From positions 65,738-129,737 of the forward strand of contig JAIXRY010000006.1 of the NCBI GenBank assembly GCA_027484965.1: a DNA stretch of 64,000 nucleotides. Reading direction: 5' to 3'. The first letter of the stretch is position 1. Each line of letters opens with the position of its first letter. Shown piece by piece: positions 57,134-64,000 of this stretch. The stretch comes from a bacterium. Its GTDB lineage: Bacteria > Patescibacteriota > Minisyncoccia > Phycocordibacterales > UBA9973. The notes under the pieces are model-generated. The model ran no database searches. It worked only from the letters and a program-made list of their open reading frames with translations, and was not told where the DNA came from. A program made the position numbers and the translations under genes.

Positions 57134-57135
57134 AA

Positions 57136-57624
57136 TTAGTGATTGTCACCAGAAGTGAAATCTTCTATTCTTTTTGCAAAAGTAGTCTTTTGGATTTGCT
57201 TCTCGATAAACCAAAGAACAATAAAAATAAATAATGTAAGGAATGTAGCTATTGCAGTTATTCCAAACAATCCAAATCCTGCAGACATTCCAATACCAGC
57301 AGAAACCCAAAGCCCAGTAGAGGAAGTGAGGCCTGTAATGTGATTATCTTTTATCATAATAAGACCCGCACCCAAAAATCCCACACCAGCAATAATCTGC
57401 GCTGCCATACGTAAAGGATCAAAATTAGCACTACCTTGGTGTTGAGAAGATATCAAAACAGATATAACAACAAACAAAGCAGAACCCATTGAAACTAGGG
57501 CATAAGTTCTCATTCCAGCAGTCTTATTTGCAAGAAGTCTTTCTGTACCAATAAGCATTCCACAAAACATCGCAACAAAAAGCTTAACAAAAATATCAAC
57601 TGTTTCTGTATTAAATAAATCCAT
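57136..57624 (-). CDS. MgtC/SapB family protein
   Basis: IGTER...AGMRT, DPLRMAAQII.GVGFLGAG. Confidence 0.92.
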   Translation of the reverse strand: MDLFNTETVDIFVKLFVAMFCGMLIGTERLLANKTAGMRTYALVSMGSALFVVISVLISSQHQGSANFDPLRMAAQIIAGVGFLGAGLIMIKDNHITGLTSSTGLWVSAGIGMSAGFGLFGITAIATFLTLFIFIVLWFIEKQIQKTTFAKRIEDFTSGDNH

Positions 57625-57668
57625 ATATATAAATTATAGACTATTTACAACAAAAAGGGTGTGGAGAA

Positions 57669-58769
57669 TTATTTTACAATTCCTCCACCAATACATATGT
57701 CTCTATCATATAAAACAATAGATTGACCAGAAGCAACCAGGATAGCTACTCCGAAAAAGACTTTATCATTCATGACTTTGACCTTATAAAATTCTCCATG
57801 ATAACGTATTTGAGCATCATAAACTTTATTTTCAACAATTTCTTCTCTAAAAACAGTATTTATTAAAGCAAATTCTTTTTTATAAAAACCATCTTCACTA
57901 TGACTATCAGAAAGTGGGTTATTATTAGAAACTATAATTTCATTTTTTTCTATGTCTTTATGAATTACGTAATACGGTAAATCATTTGTAGACTTTTTAA
58001 GATTATTAAAAGAGAGTCTTTCTCCAAGAGTTACAAAAAGTGTCCCAGTATGTGTACCTAGAATTTCACCATTTTCATGAATTACATTTCCATCTTTTTC
58101 TTCAATATAATTCATAAGAAAATCTTTCATATCTACCTCACCCAAGAAACAGATTCCCTGACTATCTTTCTTTGTAGCTGTTGGAAGATTATATTTCAAA
58201 GCAAGTTTTCTTACATCACTTTTTTCTAGAGAGCCAACAGGAAAAAGCGTGTGTGATAAATCGTCTTTTGTAAGTGTCCAAAGGAAATAACATTGATCTT
58301 TAGATTCGTCTTTTCCTTTACAAAGAGAGTTGTTTTTATTCTGTGTATAGTGTCCTGTAGCAATAAACTTGGCACCGTGATCTTTTGCAAAATTCCAAAA
58401 TACTCCAAATTTTACTTCACGATTACACATTACATCTGGATTAGGGGTGCGACCAAGTTTGTATTCATTAATCATATAATCAGCTACACCTCTCTTATAA
58501 GCTTCTTCTCCATCACATTCAAGAAATGGAATACCGAGTGAAGCGCATACGCGAATAGCATCGCGACGTTCGTCACGCCAAGAACATTCGAGGAATTCTG
58601 GGGTCCAAGTACGAATAAAAACACCAGTTACATCATAACCTTCATCTTTTAGGATTGCAGCCGTTACAGACGAATCTACACCACCAGAAACACCAACAAA
58701 AACCTTAGTCTTTCTTGGTATTTCTATTTCTTTTTTTGATTTTCCAAAAATTGAAAACATTATTGACAT
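57669..58769 (-). CDS. mnmA: tRNA-specific 2-thiouridylase
   Basis: SGGVDS, TPNPDVMCN, ATGHY, KDQCYFL, DSQGICF. Confidence 0.97.
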   Translation of the reverse strand: MSIMFSIFGKSKKEIEIPRKTKVFVGVSGGVDSSVTAAILKDEGYDVTGVFIRTWTPEFLECSWRDERRDAIRVCASLGIPFLECDGEEAYKRGVADYMINEYKLGRTPNPDVMCNREVKFGVFWNFAKDHGAKFIATGHYTQNKNNSLCKGKDESKDQCYFLWTLTKDDLSHTLFPVGSLEKSDVRKLALKYNLPTATKKDSQGICFLGEVDMKDFLMNYIEEKDGNVIHENGEILGTHTGTLFVTLGERLSFNNLKKSTNDLPYYVIHKDIEKNEIIVSNNNPLSDSHSEDGFYKKEFALINTVFREEIVENKVYDAQIRYHGEFYKVKVMNDKVFFGVAILVASGQSIVLYDRDICIGGGIVK

Positions 58770-58818
58770 AGTATCAAAATTTATTTAAAAAAACTACCTG
58801 CCTGGTAGTTTTTTTAAA

Positions 58819-59370
58819 TTACTTTATTTGCATCAATTTCTCATAGACCTCTGCAAGAGCTCTTGCGTCAGAGAGTGCTGTGTGAGCATTTTTGTTTTCA
58901 ATCTTAAAATATTCGCAAAGGTTCCTCAAAGAAAACTTATCTACATCATCTGTGTGGTGAAATTTTGCAAATGCGATAGCTATAGTGTCGAGCTTATGAT
59001 AATGCATTTCATTTTTTACTCCAGCGAGACGGAATGCCTTTTCGATAAACATATAATCAAAACACGCGTTGTGCGCCACAAAAATAGCATCTTTTGTCTT
59101 TTCGGCAAATATTTGCATTGCTTCCTTGAGTGTATAAGCAAATATCCAATCAGCTGGTTCATAACCATTCACACGAAGTGCCTGAGCATCAGCTGTCTCG
59201 ATATGTTCTGGTTTTATTTTTAATTCGAATTCATCAACGTGTTTAAGTACACATTTTCCAGTAGACCAATCTTGTTCCATAATCACACATCCTATCTGTA
59301 TTAATTCTTGTGTATCTGGATTAAATCCTGTTGTTTCTGTGTCAATAAAAGCTAAATTGTGTTTTTTCAT
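58819..59370 (-). CDS. DEDDh 3'-5' exonuclease (DnaQ-like)
   Basis: IDTETTG, AHNACFD, LDT, HTALSDA. Confidence 0.9.
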   Translation of the reverse strand: MKKHNLAFIDTETTGFNPDTQELIQIGCVIMEQDWSTGKCVLKHVDEFELKIKPEHIETADAQALRVNGYEPADWIFAYTLKEAMQIFAEKTKDAIFVAHNACFDYMFIEKAFRLAGVKNEMHYHKLDTIAIAFAKFHHTDDVDKFSLRNLCEYFKIENKNAHTALSDARALAEVYEKLMQIK

Positions 59371-59421
59371 ATATAAACCGAGCAAATAAATTATTTATTA
59401 TTTTATTTTTTATCGGAGGTG

Positions 59422-60387
59422 CTATCTATTATCAATGTATTTTCTCTTATTTGCAAGATGATCCTTATAGTTTATTCCATAATGAGCAACACCAAATGAA
59501 TCATGTAAATAAAATAGATAGTCTGTCTTCTCTGGATTAAGGGCAGCCCCTATAGCCCGAAGTCCTGGATTTCCTATTGGGTTAGGTGGAAGGCCTTTAT
59601 ATTTATATGTATTGTAAGGAGAATCTATAGCCAAATCCGCACGAGTAAGTTCACTTGATTCTTTTCCAAACAAAAAGAAAAATGGAGCGTCCACTTGAAG
59701 TCTTTGGCCAATTCTTATTCTTTCCCAAAGAATTCCAGAAATTATAGCACTATCATCTTTTCCATTTGCTTCACGCTCTATAATTGACGCCATTATTATT
59801 AAGTCCTTTTCTGATGTTCCATTTGCTTTTGCATTTTCAAAAATAGTTTGTGTTTTCTTTTCAAAATTCTTTGTCATTACATCTATAACAGTATCTTCAT
59901 TTGCTGACGGGAAAAATTTATATGTATCTGGAAAAAGATATCCTTCTTTACCTTCTGTTTTTTGTAGAAAAAGCGCACCATCAAAGTTTGGAAGAACTTT
60001 TTCTGCGGTAGATTTTATTTGTTCACGAGTATATCCCTCTGGAATTGTAAGTGTAATTCTATCTATACCGAAAAGTGTTTTTGTAAATCTTTTTGCAACA
60101 TCAAAAACATAAAGTGGTTTATTAAAGAGATAGTCTCCCTGAACAATTACGTTCTCTCCTCCTGATAAAATAACAAATGCTTTAAATATTGTTTCTGAAC
60201 GGATAATACCTTCTTTATATAAAGTACGTGAAATAGAATTAACTGTATCCCCTCTTTTTACTGTAATTGTTTTTGGAAGGTTTTTATTTTGAGGTGGAGT
60301 AAAAATTATAAACGCAAAAACAACAACAAACAAAACAAACCAAAATGATTTGTTTTTAAATATTGTTTTTTTATCTTTAGGTTCCAT
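59422..60387 (-). CDS. mltG: Endolytic transglycosylase MltG
   Basis: TIPEG, EGYLFPDTY, MASIIERE, DSPYNTY...GLPP.PIGNPG. Confidence 0.95.
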   Translation of the reverse strand: MEPKDKKTIFKNKSFWFVLFVVVFAFIIFTPPQNKNLPKTITVKRGDTVNSISRTLYKEGIIRSETIFKAFVILSGGENVIVQGDYLFNKPLYVFDVAKRFTKTLFGIDRITLTIPEGYTREQIKSTAEKVLPNFDGALFLQKTEGKEGYLFPDTYKFFPSANEDTVIDVMTKNFEKKTQTIFENAKANGTSEKDLIIMASIIEREANGKDDSAIISGILWERIRIGQRLQVDAPFFFLFGKESSELTRADLAIDSPYNTYKYKGLPPNPIGNPGLRAIGAALNPEKTDYLFYLHDSFGVAHYGINYKDHLANKRKYIDNR

Positions 60388-60388
60388 A

Positions 60389-61678
60389 TTAAATAGGTAG
60401 ATTTGTAGGAGCTTCTGATTTCTTTGATTCTAGACGCTTAAATGAAGGGGTCTCTGAAACACGACCTGGGAAGTGAAATATTGTAGCAAGTTCTTCTGTA
60501 TTCATCACCATAAGTTTCTTGTCACTTGGTGGAATAAAATGTCCAGGATGATATCCTAGCCAATACTTCAAATGCTTTGCTTTAAATGAAAATGGAAAAC
60601 GTGAATGGAAAAAATGACGATCACGATAATCTTCAAGAAGAAAGTCTTTTTGTTCAGCTGTTTTCTTTCCATCCAAGTCTTCAAATCCATGTGTATACCC
60701 TATTGTATTAGTACCTTTAAAGCCATTAAGTTCCATTGTATTGTACTGTCTAAGAAGACTTCCCACAACAGCTATCTTGTTTGCATCGAAAGAACCTTTC
60801 TTAGCTAGATAAATAGCACGAATACCTGTATCAAAAGAGAATTTTTGCAAGGCTCTTTGCATTGAATTTAAAACGTCACCCTCTACTTTAGACATTGGCA
60901 ACGCCCCTTCTTTTGCAAATGCTTTTCTATATTTATTAATTTCATTTTTTGCAGCGTCAGACCATTTTACAACCTTCTTAATCTTTTTCTTTTCTTTTGT
61001 TTCCTTATCTTCAACCTCCTCTTCTATTTCAAATAATTCCCAGTTTGAAGGACGAATACATATTTGCATCATCATATATTCATCTTTTCCAAGATTAGCC
61101 ATGTACTCAATAGTTTGAGTTATAGGATCAATTTTTTGTTCCTCTTTTACTAGAGTCTGATCAAGACCATAATCAACATAAGTCTTAATTGGGTACGCAT
61201 TGTTTTTTTCAAAACAAAATTCCATACCCCAGAGTTCTATTTCTCCAGAAGTGTAGGGTGGAATATCGTTCATATAATCAGGTACTTCATTCACTTCAGC
61301 TTGAGGATATCCTGCGTATATTTGAGACTCAACCATAGCTTTAAACTTTGATTGAATACGAATAAAGAAATATATCGCTCCACCAATAGAGACCATTTCA
61401 AGTGAGTGATAAGCTGGATATTTACCATTAAAATATTTTGAAGCCCAATCACCAAATCCACCTGTTTGATAGAGAGCATTTGTAAACATCAACTCCATTG
61501 CAGCTGGTGATTTGAAAACATCTTTTGGGATTCTAACTTCAAGAATTGTCCATTTCTGACTCCGAAGATATGTTTCATTAACATACCAAAGCCACACCTT
61601 CCATACAATAATGATAAGTACTATTGGAGCCCAAATAAAGGCTGTGTCTAAAATAAATTGTATTCCATCAGAAAGCAT
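60389..61678 (-). CDS. Conserved membrane-anchored hypothetical protein
   Basis: Start taken at MLSDG; N-terminal TM; motifs LEVRIP..KSP.AME, YP.AE, YPIKTY.D, NTEELATIFHFP. Confidence 0.75.
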   Translation of the reverse strand: MLSDGIQFILDTAFIWAPIVLIIIVWKVWLWYVNETYLRSQKWTILEVRIPKDVFKSPAAMELMFTNALYQTGGFGDWASKYFNGKYPAYHSLEMVSIGGAIYFFIRIQSKFKAMVESQIYAGYPQAEVNEVPDYMNDIPPYTSGEIELWGMEFCFEKNNAYPIKTYVDYGLDQTLVKEEQKIDPITQTIEYMANLGKDEYMMMQICIRPSNWELFEIEEEVEDKETKEKKKIKKVVKWSDAAKNEINKYRKAFAKEGALPMSKVEGDVLNSMQRALQKFSFDTGIRAIYLAKKGSFDANKIAVVGSLLRQYNTMELNGFKGTNTIGYTHGFEDLDGKKTAEQKDFLLEDYRDRHFFHSRFPFSFKAKHLKYWLGYHPGHFIPPSDKKLMVMNTEELATIFHFPGRVSETPSFKRLESKKSEAPTNLPI

Positions 61679-62195
61679 AGTTTGGTGCAAAAATAATTGG
61701 CATTTTAAAAGAACCGGGAGTAAGTCCTCCAACAGGTATTGCTTGAAAAATAATAAATCCCTGTCTCAATGTAGGATTTCTTGTAAGTTCAATACTAGTA
61801 CTAAAGACACTTGGAGGATTTGAGTTGCCTGATTTTGATTCTGGGGTCAATGGTAGTGGAGTATTCAGAGATACAGGAATACCATCACCATCAAAAACCT
61901 GAATACTACCAGCGTAGCCATTGTAAGCATTCCACCCACATCCGTTCACATATCCAGTGACAACCAGAGGAAACATAAGTGGCTCACTTTGAAGATTAGG
62001 TTGTAGAATACTGAGACCACACTTATAATTATTTATAGGGGTATTATTATCAATTTGACTATCTTGATTTGCAACATCAAAAGATGGTGGTTTTATAAAA
62101 AAATTACTTTTCTTAAAAAACCCAAACAAAACACCTGCAAGTAAAAATGCAATTATAATTAATACAATATTCGCGAATCCGCGATTATATTTCAT
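61668..62195 (-). CDS. Pilin-like leader plus an Ig-like (Gmad2-like) domain
   Basis: MKYNRG|FANIVLIII class III-like signal; FPLVVTG....GW..Y.G.AG. Confidence 0.6.
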   Translation of the reverse strand: MKYNRGFANIVLIIIAFLLAGVLFGFFKKSNFFIKPPSFDVANQDSQIDNNTPINNYKCGLSILQPNLQSEPLMFPLVVTGYVNGCGWNAYNGYAGSIQVFDGDGIPVSLNTPLPLTPESKSGNSNPPSVFSTSIELTRNPTLRQGFIIFQAIPVGGLTPGSFKMPIIFAPNYAF

Positions 62196-62277
62196 ATACT
62201 TCTATTATAAAAAACTAATTGCTTTATCACAAGGAAAAACCACCTCTTTATGAGAGGTGGTTTTATTTTTATTAAAA

Positions 62278-63306
62278 TTATTTCAAACTATATAGACCAT
62301 TCTTTTCTTTTTTGAAATATTTTGCATTTTGTAGATTTACTAAGATAGTGTTTTTCTTAAGATATCTTTCTTTCATAACAGCATCGATAACATCTTCTTT
62401 TGAGAGTGGACCACTTTTCTTCAAGATTTCTTTTATAACATCTCTAACTACTCCTGGCTTATATCCCCATTCTTTAAGGGCATATACTCCACGTCCAACC
62501 AACACAAAACGCTCATCTTTAATCAATTCATTGTGACAAGTTGCAATATGAGTTTTCTTACCAAAAGTTTGACCAATAGATTCTGCTACTTCTTTGAAGT
62601 GCATTGGAGATCCATGCTTTCTCATAACAAGATATGCATAGTCTTTAATTCCACGAGTAGAGATATTTGAAGAATCTGTAGGACCCCACTCACCTAAAGG
62701 ATTTTTACCTATTCTTTTTGACATAGACAACCAACGACGGGCAACCTCTTCTGTTTGATATTCTTCTGCAACATCTCTAAGAGTTGCAATAAAACGATTT
62801 ACAAGTTCTATTTCAGACACCAACTCATCGTCTGTAAGTTCTTTGTAAATACCAGAAAGAGAATCATGAACCTTGTCTGCAAGAATAGGATCAATAGTCC
62901 AACGTGCTGAAAAATGTTCATCTTCTTTATGTTTTGTAAAATAATCATGAAGAACCAAGTAGAGATGAATGTGGTTTTGAACGCTTCTATCTTTCGAGAT
63001 ATGTGAAAGAAAATCATCTTCTCCGACAACACCACCAAGACTATTTAAAAGAGTCTTTAATTCTTCAAATACAGCAGATTCTGTTTTAAAATTTTCTGAC
63101 TTTCTGATTGACTGAAGTGCTGCATTTTCGATTTGGCGAACACGCTCACGAGTAACACCATATGTTTGACCAATAGCTTCAAGAGTCTTTCTTTCAGCGT
63201 CTTCACCTAGACCAAAGCGATTGAAAACAACGTTATATGCACGCTCTTGGAGTCCAGACAGAATGCGTTTTGTAACTTGTTTTGGTTTGAAATTAATTGG
63301 TGCCAT
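62278..63306 (-). CDS. Sigma70 region-4 HTH plus HARE-HTH (RNAP delta-like) protein
   Basis: RFGL....TLEAIGQTYGVTRERVRQIE; PMHF.E....HNELIKDERFVLVGRGVYAL.EW. Confidence 0.8.
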   Translation of the reverse strand: MAPINFKPKQVTKRILSGLQERAYNVVFNRFGLGEDAERKTLEAIGQTYGVTRERVRQIENAALQSIRKSENFKTESAVFEELKTLLNSLGGVVGEDDFLSHISKDRSVQNHIHLYLVLHDYFTKHKEDEHFSARWTIDPILADKVHDSLSGIYKELTDDELVSEIELVNRFIATLRDVAEEYQTEEVARRWLSMSKRIGKNPLGEWGPTDSSNISTRGIKDYAYLVMRKHGSPMHFKEVAESIGQTFGKKTHIATCHNELIKDERFVLVGRGVYALKEWGYKPGVVRDVIKEILKKSGPLSKEDVIDAVMKERYLKKNTILVNLQNAKYFKKEKNGLYSLK

Positions 63307-63386
63307 AGTTGTTTATAATTATTGATGTATTTAGTTAATATATGTCTAATAATACTATCACAAATAAATAATAAGTCAAATTTATA

Positions 63387-64000
63387 TTACTTTAAGATTT
63401 TCTTGCGAAGACGAGCATTTTTTGGTGTAACTTCTAGATATTCATCTTCTGCCATAGTTTCGAGCCCACGCTCAATAGTCATAATATATGGTGGTTTAAG
63501 GACAATAGCTTCATCATTACCAGAAGAGCGGACATTACTTAGGTTTTTACCTTTAATAGGATTCACCGCCATTTCATCTCCTTTTGTAACGTTTCCAATA
63601 ACCATACCTTCATAAATTTCCATACCGTGCTCAATATACAGAATTCCACGTTCTTGAAGGTTCCATAGCGCATATGCAGCAGCTTTACCAGATATCATAG
63701 ATGTCATAGAGCCAACGTCACGCTTCTTGATTTCTCCGGCAAATGGTTTAAAGCCGATAACGCGAGCAGAAATAATTCCCTCACCTTTTGTATCAATAAC
63801 AAATTGACTACGGTATCCAAGAAGTCCACGAGTTGGCATTTCAAGAATGACACGAGTAACACCATCTTTTTCTACCATATTAGTAATCATCCCACGACGA
63901 CGAGTAAGTGTTTCAATAACTGCTCCAGAATATTCTGAAGGAACATCCACTGTAACTTCTTCAAAAGGTTCCAATCTTTTACCTTCTTCTTCTTTAATAA
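63387..64000 (-). CDS. typA: Translational GTPase TypA/BipA, C-terminal part (runs off the window)
   Basis: EPFEE...DVP, PTRGLLGYR, YEGMVIG, KNLSNVRSSG.DE, EVTP...RLRK. Confidence 0.96.
   Translation of the reverse strand, partial: IKEEEGKRLEPFEEVTVDVPSEYSGAVIETLTRRRGMITNMVEKDGVTRVILEMPTRGLLGYRSQFVIDTKGEGIISARVIGFKPFAGEIKKRDVGSMTSMISGKAAAYALWNLQERGILYIEHGMEIYEGMVIGNVTKGDEMAVNPIKGKNLSNVRSSGNDEAIVLKPPYIMTIERGLETMAEDEYLEVTPKNARLRKKILK

Noticed and set aside
61679..61732. TTG-start extension of the 447-aa ORF
   Set aside because: Overlaps the upstream gene by 65 bp; ATG 61678 gives normal coupling.
1..64000. Alternative genetic code (TGA=Gly) as in Gracilibacteria/Absconditabacteria
   Set aside because: Core genes are intact in code 11 with no internal TGA, and TGA ends genes such as ORF 9234.

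Overview
AT-rich bacterial chromosome segment, standard genetic code, most genes on the minus strand. The gene forms point to a Patescibacteria/CPR (Parcubacteria-like) genome; this is an inference from a short AspRS without the GAD insertion, a C-terminally shortened AlaRS, a short L13, a PaaX-like protein and a sigma70-region-4/HARE-HTH protein. Core genes: murG-ftsW-mraY, scpAB, aspS, trpS, dnaB-recR, rplU, cysS, dnaJ/dnaK/grpE, the infA-rpmJ-rpsM-rpsK-rpsD-rpoA-rplQ-rplM-rpsI block, alaS, mnmA, mltG and typA (partial). Between them lie many self-contained accessory units (promoter, orphan ORF or ORF-free structured RNA, terminator). Best leads: (1) a graspetide-type ATP-grasp ligase preceded by an unannotated 28-aa peptide with no acidic residues; (2) a multi-TM sensor kinase with no response regulator in the window, co-transcribed with an unknown enzyme-like protein and a Cys-rich surface protein; (3) a ~330-nt structured ncRNA candidate at 43.6-43.9 kb and three tandem sRNA units at 0.1-0.66 kb; (4) a start-codon-sequestering grpE leader; (5) a beta-barrel-like protein and a lipoprotein in a presumed monoderm; (6) an orphan toxin-tip/immunity pair; (7) duplicated 3' gene ends. 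No rRNA, tRNA, CRISPR array, transposase or integrase was recognised. All family calls come from reading motifs by eye, not from database searches.
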